Positions 41,701 to 55,375 of a stretch of 64,000 nt of DNA are shown here, piece by piece (position 1 is the stretch's first letter; each line of letters opens with the position of its first letter). The notes under the pieces were generated by a model. The model did not search any database, was not told the DNA's origin, and saw only the letters and a list, made by a program, of their open reading frames with translations. Source of the stretch: Azolla caroliniana (lineage: Eukaryota > Plantae > Polypodiophyta); assembly GCA_043228905.1 (NCBI GenBank), contig JBHGNT010000150.1, positions 1 to 64,000 on the forward strand, in the 5' to 3' direction. The translations under genes and the position numbers were made by a program.

Positions 41701-44700
41701 AGATCAAGATTTTGAAACTCAGGTCGAGAGACATGACGAAATTACCAAATTTGAGTAGTGAGTTGAGAGGAGCTCTTGAGTAAATGAAAATGTTCATACC
41801 TGGCTCGTGTGATATCGGATTTTTGTGTTCAAACATGCGAATCGAAGCGAACAACGCTAGCTATGAGATAGAATTAAAAAATCAAGATTTTGAAACTCAG
41901 GTCGAAAGACATGACGAAATTAGCAAATTTGAGTAGTGAGTTGAGGGGAGCCCTTGAGTAAATTAAAATGTTCATACTTGGTTCGTGTGATATCGGATTT
42001 TTGTGTTCAAACATGCGATTCGAAGCTAACAACGCTAGCTATGATATGGAATTAAAAAATCAAGATTTTGAAACTCAGGTCGAGAGACATGACGAAATTA
42101 GCAAATTTGAGGAGTGAGTTGAGAAGAGCTAGTAGGTAAATTAAAATGTTCATACCTGGCTCGTGTGATATCGGATTTTTGTGTTCAAACATGCGAAACG
42201 AAGCTAACAACGCTAGCTATGATATGAAATTAAAAGATCAAGATTTTGAAACTCAGGTCGAGAGACATGACGAAATTACCAAATTTGAATAGTGAGTTGA
42301 GAGGAGCCCTTGAGTAAATGAAAATGTTCATACCTGGCTCGTGTGATATCGGATTTTTGTGTTCAAACATGCGAAACGAAGTTAACAACGCTAGCTATGA
42401 TATGGAATTAAAAAATCAAGATTTTGAAACTTAGGTCGAGAGACATGACGAAATTAGCAAATTGGAGGAGTGAGTTGAGAAGAGCTAGTAGGTAAATGAA
42501 AATGTTCATACCTGGCTCGTGTGATATCGGACTTTTGTGTTCAAACATGCGAAACGAAGCTAACAACGCTAGCTATGATATGAAATTAAAAGATCAAGAT
42601 TTTGAAACTCAGGTCGAGAGACATGACGAAATTACCAAATTTGAGTAGTGAGTTGAGAGGAGCTCTTGAGTAAATGAAAATGTTCATACCTGGCTCGTGT
42701 GATATCGGATTTTTGTGTTCAAACATGCGAAACGAAGCTAACAACGCTAGCTATGATATGGAATTAAAAAATCAAGATTTTGAAACTCAGGTCGAGAGAC
42801 ATGACGAAATTAGCAAATTGGAGGAGTGAGTTTAGAAGAGCTAGTAGGTAAATGAAAATGTTCATACCTGGCTCGTGTGATATCGGATTTTTGTGTTCAA
42901 ACATGCGAAACGAAGCTAACAACGCTAGCTATGATATGAAATTAAAAGATCAAGATTTTGAAACTCAGGTCGAGAGACATGACGAAATTACCAAATTTGA
43001 GTAGTGAGTTGAGAGGAGCCCTTGAGTAAATGAAAATGTTCATACCTGGCTCGTGTGATATCGGATTTTTGTGTTCAAACATGCGATTCGAAGCTAACAA
43101 CGCTAGCTATGATATGAAATTAAAAGATCAAGATTTTGAAACTCAGGTCGAGAGACATGACGAAATTACCAAATTTGAATAGTGAGTTGAGAGGAGCCCT
43201 TGAGTAAATGAAAATGTTCATACCTGGCTCGTGTGATATCGGATTTTTGTGTTCAAACATGCGATTCGAAGCTAACAACGCTAGCTATGATATGGAATTA
43301 AAAAATCAAGATTTTGAAACTCAGGTCGAGAGACATGATGAAATTAGCAAATTGGAGGAGTGAGTTGAGAAGAGCTAGTAGGTAAATGAAAATGTTCATA
43401 CCTGGCTCGTGTGATATCGGACTTTTGTGTTCAAACATGCGAAACGAAGCTAACAACGCTAGCTATGATATGAAATTAAAAGATCAAGATTTTGAAACTC
43501 AGGTCGAGAGACATGACGAAATTACCAAATTTGAGTAGTGAGTTGAGAGGAGCTCTTGAGTAAATGAAAATGTTCATACCTGGCTCGTGTGATATCGGAC
43601 TTTTGTGTTCAAACATGCGAAACGAAGCTAACAACGCTAGCTATGAGATAGAATTAAAAAATCAAGATTTTGAAACTCAGGTCGAGAGACATGACGAAAT
43701 TAGCAAATTTGAGGAGTGAGTTGAGAAGAGCTAGTAGGTAAATTAAAATGTTCATACCTGGCTCGTGTCTTATCGGATTTTTGTGTTCAAACATGCGAAA
43801 CGAAGCTAACATCGCTAGCTATGATATGGAATTAAAAAATCAAGATTTTGAAACTCAGGTTGAGAGACATGACGAAATTACCAAATTTGAGGAGTGAGTT
43901 GAGAAGAGCTAGTAGGTAAATGAAAATGTTCATACCTAGCTCGTGTGATATCGGATTTTTGTGTTCAAACATGCGAAACGAAGCTAACAATGCTAGATAC
44001 GATATGGAATTAAAAAATCAAGATTTTGAAACTCAGGTCGAGAGACATGACGAAATTACCAAATTTGAGGAGTGAGTTGAGAAGAGCTAGTAGGTAAATT
44101 AAAATGTTCATACTTGGGTCGTGTGATATCAGATTTTTGTGTTCAAACATGCGATTCGAAGCTAACAACGCTAGCTATGATATGGAATTAAAAAATCAAG
44201 ATTTTGAAACTCAGGTCGAGAGACATGACGAAATTAGCAAATTTGAGGAGTGAGTTGAGAAGAGCTAGTAGTTTAATGAAAATGTTCATACCTGGCTCGT
44301 GTGATATCGGACTTTTGTGTTCAAACATGCGAAACGAAGCTAACAACGCTAGCTATGATATGAAATTAAAAGATCAAGATTTTGAAACTCAGGTCGAGAG
44401 ACATGACGAAATTACCAAATTTGAATAGTGAGTTGAGGGGAGCCCTTGAGTAAATGAAAATGTTCATACCTGGCTCGTGTGATATCGGATTTTTGTGTTC
44501 AAACATGCGAAACGAAGCTAACAACGCTAGCTATGATATGGAATTAAAAAATCAAGATTTTGAAACTCAGGTCGAAAGACATGACGAAATTAGCAAATTT
44601 GAGTAGTGAGTTGAGGGGAGCCCTTGAGTAAATGAAAATGTTCATACCTGGCTCGTGTGATATCAGATTTTTGTGTTCAAACATGCGAAACGAAGCTAAC

Positions 44701-47249
44701 AACGCTAGCTATGATATGGAATTAAAAAATCAATATTTTGAAACTGAGGTCGAGAGACATGACGAAATTAGCAAATTGGAGGAGTGAGTTGAGAAGAGCT
44801 AGTAGGTAAATGAAAATGTTCATACCTGGCTCGTGTGATATCGGATTTTTGTGTTCAAACATGCGAAACGAAGCTTAGAACGCTAGCTATGATATGAAAT
44901 TAAAAGATCAAGATTTTGAAACTCAGGTCGAGAGACATGACGAAATTACCAAATTTGAGTAGTGAGTTGAGAGGAGGCCTTGAGTAAATGAAAATGTTCA
45001 TACCTGGCTCGTGTGATATCGGATTTTTGTGTTCAAACATGCGAATCGAAGCTAACAACGCTAGCTATGATATGAAATTAAAAGATCAAGATTTTGAAAC
45101 TCAGGTCGAGAGACATGACGAAATTACCAAATTTGAATAGTGAGTTGAGAGGAGCCCTTGAGTAAATGAAAATGTTCATACCTGGCTCGTGTGATATCGG
45201 ATTTTTGTGTTCAAACATGCGAAACGAAGCTAACAACGCTAGCTATGATATGGAATTAAAAAATCAAGATTTTGAAACTCAGGTCGAGAGACATGATGAA
45301 ATTAGCAAATTTGAGGAGGGAGTGGAGAAGAGGCCGTGAGTAAATGAAAATGTTCATACCTGGTTCGTGTGATATCGGATTTTTGTTTTCAAACATGCGA
45401 AACGAAGCTAACATCGCTAGCTATGATATGAAATTAAAAAGTCAAGATTTTGAAACTCAGGTCGAGAGACATGACGAAATTAGCAAATTTGAGGAGTGAG
45501 TTGAGAAGAGCCCTTGAGTAAATGAAACTGTTCATACCTGGCTCGTGTGATATCGGATTTTTGTGTTCAAACATGCGAAACGAAGCTAACATCGCTAGCT
45601 ATGATATGAAATTAAAAGATCAAGATTTTGAAACTCAGGTCGAGAGACATGACGAAATTACCAAATTTGAGTAGTGAGTTGAGAGGAGCCCTTGAGTAAA
45701 TGAAAATGTTCATACCTGGCTCGTGTGATATCGGATTTTTGTGTTCAAACATGCGATTCGAAGCTAACAATGCTAGCTATGATATGGAATTAAAAAATCA
45801 AGATTTTGAAACTCAGGTTGAGAGACATGACGAAATTACCAAATTTGAGGAGTGAGTTGAGAAGAGCTAGTAGGTAAATGAAAATGTTCATACCTAGCTC
45901 GTGTGATATCGGATTTTTGTGTTCAAACATGCGAAACGAAGCTAACAACGCTAGCTATGATATGAAATTAAAAGATCAAGATTTTGAAACTCAGGTCGAG
46001 AGACATGACGAAATTACCAAATTTGAGTAGTGAGTTGAGAGGAGCTCTTGAGTAAATGAAAATGTTCATACCTGGCTCGTGTGATATCGGATTTTTGTGT
46101 TCAAACATGCAATTCGAAGCTAACAACGCTAGCTATGATATGGAATTAAAAAATAAAGATTTTGAAACTCAGGTCGAGAGACATGACGAAATTACCAAAT
46201 TTGAGGAGTGAGTTGAGAAGAGTTCGTAGGTAAATGAAAATGTTCATACCTAGCTCGTGTGATATCGGATTTTTGTGTTCAAACATGCGAAACGAAGCTA
46301 AAAATGCTAGATACGATATGGAATTAAAAAATCAAGATTTTGAAACTCAGGTCGAGAGACATGACGAAATTACCAAATTTGAGGAGTGAGTTGAGAAGAG
46401 CTAGTAGGTAAAGTAAAATGTTCATACTTGGGTCGTGTGATATCAGATTTTTGTGTTCAAACATGCGATTCGAAGCTAACAACGCTAGCTATGATATGGA
46501 ATTAAAAAATCAGGATTTTGAATCTCAGGTCGACAAACATGACGAAATTACCAAATTTGAGTAGTGAGTTGAGAGGAGCCCTTGAGTAAATGAAAATGTT
46601 CATACCTGGCTCGTGTGATATCGGATTTTTGTGTTCAAACATGCGAATCGAAGCTAACATCGCTAGCTATGAGATAGAATTAAAAAATCAAGATTTTGAA
46701 TCTCAGGTTGAGAGACATGACCAAATTAGGAAATTTGAGTAGTGAGTTGAGGGGAGCCCTTGAGTAAATGAAAATGTTCATACCTGGCTCGTGTGATATC
46801 GGATTTTTGTGTTCAAACATGCGATTCGAAGCTAACAACGCTAGCTATGATATGGAACTAAAAAAACAAGATTTTGAAACTCAGGTCGAGAGACATGACG
46901 AAATTAGCAAATTTGAGGAGTGAGTTGAGAAAAGCTAGTAGGTAAATTAAAATGTTAATACCTGGCTCGTGTGATATCGGACTTTTGTGTTCAAACATGC
47001 GAAACGAAGCTAACATCGCTAGCTATGATATGAAATTAAAAAGTCAAGATTTTGAAACTCAGGTCGAGAGACATGACGAAATTAGCAAATTTGAGGAGTG
47101 AGTTGAGAAGAGCCCTTGAGTAAATGAAACTGTTCATACCTGGCTCGTGTGATATCGGAGTTTTGTGTTCAAACATGCGAAAGGAAGCTAACATCGCTAG
47201 CTATGATATGAAATTAAAAGATCAAGATTTTGAAACTCAGGTCGAGAGA

Positions 47250-47400
47250 CATGAAGAAATTAGCAAATTAGAGGAGGGAGTGGAGAAGAGCCCGTTCGGA
47301 AATGAAAATGTTCCTACCTAGCTCGTGTGATATCTGCTTTTTGTGTTCAAACATGCGAATCGAAGCAAACAAAGCTAGCTATGATATAGAATAAAAAAAT
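47250..47400. repeat. Highly diverged monomer segment; further copies begin near 55620, 56690, 60226 and 63152
   Basis: GAAGAAATTAGCAAATTAGAGGAGGGAGTGGAGAAGAGCCCGTTCGGAAATGAAAATGTTCCTACCTAGCTCGTGTGATATCTGCTTTT...GAAGCAAACAAAGC has roughly 15 substitutions against consensus in about 145 bp, and looks identical in all five copies. Confidence 0.88.
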
Positions 47401-47499
47401 CAAGATTTTGAAACTCAGGTCGAGAGACATGACGAAATTACCAAATTTGAGGAGGGAGTGGAGAAGAGGCCGTGAGTAAATTAAAATGTTCATACCTGG

Positions 47500-50400
47500 C
47501 TCGTGTGATATCGGATTTTTGTGTTCAAACATGCGAAACGAAGCTAACAACGGTAGCTATGATATGAAATTAAAAGATCAAGATTTTGAAACTCAGGTCG
47601 AGAGACATGACGAAATTACCAAATTTGAGTAGTGAGTTGAGAGGAGCCCTTCAGTAAATGAAAATGTTCATACCTGGCTCGTGTGATATCGGATTTTTGT
47701 GTTCAAACATGCGAAACGAAGCTAACAACGCTAGCTATGATATGGAATTAAAAAACTCAAGATTTTGAAACTCAGGTCGAGAGACATGACGAAATTAGCA
47801 AATTGGAGGAGTGAGTTGAGAAGAGCTAGTACGTAAATGAAAATGTTCATACCTGGCTCGTGTGATATCGGATTTTTGTGTTCAAACATGCGAAACAAAG
47901 CTAACAACGCTAGCTATGATATGAAATTAAAAGATCAAGATTTTGAAACTCAGGTCGAGAGACATGACGAAATTACCAAATTTGAGTAGTGAGTTGAGAG
48001 GAGCCCTTGAGTAAATGAAAATGTTCATACCTGGCTCGTGTGATATCAGATTTTTGTGTTCAAACATGCGATTCGAAGCTAACAACGCTAGCTATGATAT
48101 GGAATTAAAAAATCAAGATTTTAAAACTCAGGTCGAGAGACATGACGAAATTACCAAATTTGAGGAGTGAGTTGAGAAGAGCTAGTAGGTAAATGAAAAT
48201 GATCATACCTAGCTCGTGTGATATCGGATTTTTGTGTTCAAACATGCGAAACGAAGCTAACAATGCTAGATACGATATGGAATAAAAAAAATCAAGATTT
48301 TGAAACTCAGGTCGAGAGACATGACGAAATTACCAAATTTGAGGAGTGAGTTGAGAAGAGCTAGTAGGTAAATTAAAATGTTCATACTTGGGTCGTGTGA
48401 TATCAGATTTTTGTGTTCAAACATGCGATTCGAAGCTAACAACGCTAGCTATGATATGGAATTAAAAAATCAAGATTTTGAATCACAGGTCGAGAGACAT
48501 GACGAAATTACCAAATTTGAGTAGTGAGTTGAGAGGAGCCCTTGAGTAAATGAAAATGTTCATACCTGGCTCGTGTGATATCGGATTTTTGTGTTCAAAC
48601 ATGCGAAACGAAGCTAACAACGCTAGCTATGATATGAAATTAAAAGATCAAGATTTTGAAACTCAGGTCGAGAGACATGACGAAATTACCAAATTTGAGT
48701 AGTGAGTTGAGAGGAGCCCTTGAGTAAATGAAAATGTTCATACCTGGCTCGTGTGATATCGGATTTTTGTGTTCAAACATGCGATTCGAAGCTAACAACG
48801 CTAGCTATGATATGAAATTAAAAGATCAAGATTTTGAAACTCAGGTCGAGAGACATGACGAAATTACCAAATTTGAATAGTGAGTTGAGAGGAGCCCTTG
48901 AGTAAATGAAAATGTTCATACCTGGCTCGTGTGATATCGGACTTTTGTGTTCAAACATGCGAAACGAAGCTAACAACGCTAGCTATGATATGAAATTAAA
49001 AGATCAAGATTTTGAAACTCAGGTCGAGAGACATGACGAAATTACCAAATTTGAGTAGTGAGTTGAGAGGAGCTCTTGAGTAAATGAAAATGTTCATACC
49101 TGGCTCGTGTGATATCGGACTTTTGTGTTCAAACATGCGAAACGAAGCTAACAACGCTAGCTATGAGATAGAATTAAAAAATCAAGATTTTGAAACTCAG
49201 GTCGAGAGACATGACGAAATTAGCAAATTTGAGGAGTGAGTTGAGAAGAGCTAGTAGGTAAATTAAAATGTTCATACCTGGCTCGTGTGATATCGGATTT
49301 TTGTGTTCAAACATGCGAAACGAAGCTAACATCGCTAGCTATGATATGGAATTAAAAAATCAAGATTTTGAAACTCAGGTTGAGAGACATGACGAAATTA
49401 CCAAATTTGAGGAGTGAGTTGAGAAGAGCTAGTAGGTAAATGAAAATGTTCATACCTAGCTCGTGTGATATCGGATTTTTGTGTTCAAACATGCGAAACG
49501 AAGCTAACAATGCTAGATACGATATGGAATTAAAAAATCAAGATTTTGAAACTCAGGTCGAGAGACATGACGAAATTACCAAATTTGAGGAGTGAGTTGA
49601 GAAGAGCTAGTAGGTAAATTAAAATGTTCATACTTGGGTCGTGTGATATCAGATTTTTGTGTTCAAACATGCGATTCGAAGCTAACAACGCTAGCTATGA
49701 TATGGAATTAAAAAATCAAGATTTTGAAACTCAGGTCGAGAGACATGACGAAATTAGCAAATTTGAGGAGTGAGTTGAGAAGAGCTAGTAGTTTAATGAA
49801 AATGTTCATACCTGGCTCGTGTGATATCGGACTTTTGTGTTCAAACATGCGAAACGAAGCTAACAACGCTAGCTATGATATGAAATTAAAAGATCAAGAT
49901 TTTGAAACTCAGGTCGAGAGACATGACGAAATTACCAAATTTGAATAGTGAGTTGAGGGGAGCCCTTGAGTAAATGAAAATGTTCATACCTGGCTCGTGT
50001 GATATCGGATTTTTGTGTTCAAACATGCGAAACGAAGCTAACAACGCTAGCTATGATATGGAATTAAAAAATCAAGATTTTGAAACTCAGGTCGAAAGAC
50101 ATGACGAAATTAGCAAATTTGAGTAGTGAGTTGAGGGGAGCCCTTGAGTAAATGAAAATGTTCATACCTGGCTCGTGTGATATCAGATTTATGTGTTCAA
50201 ACATGCGAAACGAAGCTAACAACGCTAGCTATGATATGGAATTAAAAAATCAAGATTTTGAAACTGAGGTCGAGAGACATGACGAAATTAGCAAATTGGA
50301 GGAGTGAGTTGAGAAGAGCTAGTAGGTAAATGAAAATGTTCATACCTGGCTCGTGTGATATCGGATTTTTGTGTTCAAACATGCGAAACGAAGCTTAGAA

Positions 50401-53400
50401 CGCTAGCTATGATATGAAATTAAAAGATCAAGATTTTGAAACTCAGGTCGAGAGACATGACGAAATTACCAAATTTGAGTAGTGAGTTGAGAGGAGCCCT
50501 TGAGTAAATGAAAATGTTCATACCTGGCTCGTGTGATATCGGATTTTTGTGTTCAAACAAGCGAATCGAAGCTAACAACGCTAGCTATGATATGAAATTA
50601 AAAGATCAAGATTTTGAAACTCAGGTCGAGAGACATGACGAAATTACCAAATTTGAATAGTGAGTTGAGAGGAGCCCTTGAGTAAATGAAAATGTTCATA
50701 CCTGGCTCGTGTGATATCGGATTTTTGTGTTCAAACATGCGAAACGAAGCTAACAACGGTAGCTATGATATGAAATTAAAAGATCAAGATTTTGAAACTC
50801 AGGTCGAGAGACATGACGAAATTACCAAATTTGAGTAGTGAGTTGAGAGGAGCCCTTCAGTAAATGAAAATGTTCATACCTGGCTCGTGTGATATCGGAT
50901 TTTTGTGTTCAAACATGCGAAACGAAGCTAACAACGCTAGCTATGATATGGAATTAAAAAACTCAAGATTTTGAAACTCAGGTCGAGAGACATGACGAAA
51001 TTAGCAAATTGGAGGAGTGAGTTGAGAAGAGCTAGTACGTAAATGAAAATGTTCATACCTGGCTCGTGTGATATCGGATTTTTGTGTTCAAACATGCGAA
51101 ACAAAGCTAACAACGCTAGCTATGATATGAAATTAAAAGATCAAGATTTTGAAACTCAGGTCGAGAGACATGACGAAATTACCAAATTTGAGTAGTGAGT
51201 TGAGAGGAGCCCTTGAGTAAATGAAAATGTTCATACCTGGCTCGTGTGATATCAGATTTTTGTGTTCAAACATGCGATTCGAAGCTAACAACGCTAGCTA
51301 TGATATGGAATTAAAAAATCAAGATTTTAAAACTCAGGTCGAGAGACATGACGAAATTACCAAATTTGAGGAGTGAGTTGAGAAGAGCTAGTAGGTAAAT
51401 GAAAATGATCATACCTAGCTCGTGTGATATCGGATTTTTGTGTTCAAACATGCGAAACGAAGCTAACAATGCTAGATACGATATGGAATAAAAAAAATCA
51501 AGATTTTGAAACTCAGGTCGAGAGACATGACGAAATTACCAAATTTGAGGAGTGAGTTGAGAAGAGCTAGTAGGTAAATTAAAATGTTCATACTTGGGTC
51601 GTGTGATATCAGATTTTTGTGTTCAAACATGCGATTCGAAGCTAACAACGCTAGCTATGATATGGAATTAAAAAATCAAGATTTTGAATCACAGGTCGAG
51701 AGACATGACGAAATTACCAAATTTGAGTAGTGAGTTGAGAGGAGCCCTTGAGTAAATGAAAATGTTCATACCTGGCTCGTGTGATATCGGATTTTTGTGT
51801 TCAAACATGCGAAACGAAGCTAACAACGCTAGCTATGATATGAAATTAAAAGATCAAGATTTTGAAACTCAGGTCGAGAGACATGACGAAATTACCAAAT
51901 TTGAGTAGTGAGTTGAGAGGAGCCCTTGAGTAAATGAAAATGTTCATACCTGGCTCGTGTGATATCGGATTTTTGTGTTCAAACATGCGATTCGAAGCTA
52001 ACAACGCTAGCTATGATATGAAATTAAAAGATCAAGATTTTGAAACTCAGGTCGAGAGACATGACGAAATTACCAAATTTGAATAGTGAGTTGAGAGGAG
52101 CCCTTGAGTAAATGAAAATGTTCATACCTGGCTCGTGTGATATCGGACTTTTGTGTTCAAACATGCGAAACGAAGCTAACAACGCTAGCTATGATATGAA
52201 ATTAAAAGATCAAGATTTTGAAACTCAGGTCGAGAGACATGACGAAATTACCAAATTTGAGTAGTGAGTTGAGAGGAGCTCTTGAGTAAATGAAAATGTT
52301 CATACCTGGCTCGTGTGATATCGGACTTTTGTGTTCAAACATGCGAAACGAAGCTAACAACGCTAGCTATGAGATAGAATTAAAAAATCAAGATTTTGAA
52401 ACTCAGGTCGAGAGACATGACGAAATTAGCAAATTTGAGGAGTGAGTTGAGAAGAGCTAGTAGGTAAATTAAAATGTTCATACCTGGCTCGTGTGATATC
52501 GGATTTTTGTGTTCAAACATGCGAAACGAAGCTAACATCGCTAGCTATGATATGGAATTAAAAAATCAAGATTTTGAAACTCAGGTTGAGAGACATGACG
52601 AAATTACCAAATTTGAGGAGTGAGTTGAGAAGAGCTAGTAGGTAAATGAAAATGTTCATACCTAGCTCGTGTGATATCGGATTTTTGTGTTCAAACATGC
52701 GAAACGAAGCTAACAATGCTAGATACGATATGGAATTAAAAAATCAAGATTTTGAAACTCAGGTCGAGAGACATGACGAAATTACCAAATTTGAGGAGTG
52801 AGTTGAGAAGAGCTAGTAGGTAAATTAAAATGTTCATACTTGGGTCGTGTGATATCAGATTTTTGTGTTCAAACATGCGATTCGAAGCTAACAACGCTAG
52901 CTATGATATGGAATTAAAAAATCAAGATTTTGAAACTCAGGTCGAGAGACATGACGAAATTAGCAAATTTGAGGAGTGAGTTGAGAAGAGCTAGTAGTTT
53001 AATGAAAATGTTCATACCTGGCTCGTGTGATATCGGACTTTTGTGTTCAAACATGCGAAACGAAGCTAACAACGCTAGCTATGATATGAAATTAAAAGAT
53101 CAAGATTTTGAAACTCAGGTCGAGAGACATGACGAAATTACCAAATTTGAATAGTGAGTTGAGGGGAGCCCTTGAGTAAATGAAAATGTTCATACCTGGC
53201 TCGTGTGATATCGGATTTTTGTGTTCAAACATGCGAAACGAAGCTAACAACGCTAGCTATGATATGGAATTAAAAAATCAAGATTTTGAAACTCAGGTCG
53301 AAAGACATGACGAAATTAGCAAATTTGAGTAGTGAGTTGAGGGGAGCCCTTGAGTAAATGAAAATGTTCATACCTGGCTCGTGTGATATCAGATTTATGT

Positions 53401-53950
53401 GTTCAAACATGCGAAACGAAGCTAACAACGCTAGCTATGATATGGAATTAAAAAATCAAGATTTTGAAACTGAGGTCGAGAGACATGACGAAATTAGCAA
53501 ATTGGAGGAGTGAGTTGAGAAGAGCTAGTAGGTAAATGAAAATGTTCATACCTGGCTCGTGTGATATCGGATTTTTGTGTTCAAACATGCGAAACGAAGC
53601 TTAGAACGCTAGCTATGATATGAAATTAAAAGATCAAGATTTTGAAACTCAGGTCGAGAGACATGACGAAATTACCAAATTTGAGTAGTGAGTTGAGAGG
53701 AGCCCTTGAGTAAATGAAAATGTTCATACCTGGCTCGTGTGATATCGGATTTTTGTGTTCAAACAAGCGAATCGAAGCTAACAACGCTAGCTATGATATG
53801 AAATTAAAAGATCAAGATTTTGAAACTCAGGTCGAGAGACATGACGAAATTACCAAATTTGAATAGTGAGTTGAGAGGAGCCCTTGAGTAAATGAAAATG
53901 TTCATACCTGGCTCGTGTGATATCGGATTTTTGTGTTCAAACATGCGAAA
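47500..53950. repeat. Tandem duplication of an 18-monomer (3,206-bp) block carrying two 1-bp insertions
   Basis: AACGGTAGC at 47551/50757 and the +C insertion at 47756/50962 are both offset by 3206 (18x178+2), as are the identical chance ORFs at 49724/52930. Confidence 0.88.
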
Positions 53951-55375
53951 CGAAGCTAACAACGCTAGCTATGATATGGAATTAAAAAATCAAGATTTTG
54001 AAACTCAGGTCGAGAGACATGATGAAATTAGCAAATTTGAGGAGGGAGTGGAGAAGAGGCCGTGAGTAAATGAAACTGTTCATACCTGGTTCGTGTGATA
54101 TCGGATTTTTGTTTTCAAACATGCGAAACGAAGCTAACATCGCTAGCTATGATATGAAATTAAAAAGTCAAGATTTTGAAACTCAGGTCGAGAGACATGA
54201 CGAAATTAGCAAATTTGAGGAGTGACTTGAGAAGAGCCCTTGAGTAAATGAAACTGTTCATACCTGGCTCGTGTGATATCGGATTTTTGTGTTCAAACAT
54301 GCGAAACGAAGCTAACATCGCTAGCTATGATATGAAATTAAAAGATCAAGATTTTGAAACTCAGGTCGAGAGACATGACGAAATTACCAAATTTGAGTAG
54401 TGAGTTGAGAGGAGCCCTTGAGTAAATGAAAATGTTCATACCTGGCTCGTGTGATATCGGATTTTTGTGTTCAAACATGCAATTCGAAGCTAACAACGCT
54501 AGCTATGATATGGAATTAAAAAATAAAGATTTTGAAACTCAGGTTGAGAGACATGACGAAATTACCAAATTTGAGGAGTGAGTTGAGAAGAGTTCGTAGG
54601 TAAATGAAAATGTTCATACCTAGCTCGTGTGATATCGGATTTTTGTGTTCAAACATGCGAAACGAAGCTAAAAATGCTAGATACGATATGGAATTAAAAA
54701 ATCAAGATTTTGAAACTCAGGTCGAGAGACATGACGAAATTACCAAATTTGAGGAGTGAGTTGAGAAGAGCTAGTAGGTAAAGTAAAATGTTCATACTTG
54801 GGTCGTGTGATATCAGATTTTTGTGTTCAAACATGCGATTCGAAGCTAACAACGCTAGCTATGATATGGAATTAAAAAATCAGGATTTTGAATCTCAGGT
54901 CGACAGACATGACGAAATTACCAAATTTGAGTAGTGAGTTGAGAGGAGCCCTTGAGTAAATGAAAATGTTCATACCTGGCTCGTGTGATATCGGATTTTT
55001 GTGTTCAAACATGCGAATCGAAGCTAACATCGCTAGCTATGAGATAGAATTAAAAAATCAAGATTTTGAATCTCAGGTTGAGAGACATGACCAAATTAGG
55101 AAATTTGAGTAGTGAGTTGAGGGGAGCCCTTGAGTAAATGAAAATGTTCATACCTGGCTCGTGTGATATCGGATTTTTGTGTTCAAACATGCGATTCGAA
55201 GCTAACAACGCTAGCTATGATATGGAACTAAAAAAACAAGATTTTGAAACTCAGGTCGAGAGACATGACGAAATTAGCAAATTTGAGGAGTGAGTTGAGA
55301 AAAGCTAGTAGGTAAATTAAAATGTTAATACCTGGCTCGTGTGATATCGGACTTTTGTTTTCAAACATGCGAAAC

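Larger units (their letters stand above)
1..43600. repeat. Homogeneous domain organised as a variable 5-monomer (890-bp) higher-order repeat, types A-B-C-D-E, with 2- and 3-mer derivatives
   Basis: Linked diagnostic variants define the types. D = GAATCGAAGCG/GAGATAG/CGAAAG/GAGGGG/CTTGGTT. E = GATTCG/TTTGAGG/GCTAGTAGG. B = TTGGAGG/GCTAGTAGG. C = GAGT/GAGCTCTT. A = GAAT/GAGCCCTT. D monomers start at 29371, 30261, 31151 and at 34355, 35245, 36135 (890-bp spacing). Confidence 0.85.

Noticed and set aside
1-43600. Monomer-type order as an information-bearing code
   Set aside because: The order is adequately explained by nested tandem duplications and in-register recombination traced by rare variants.
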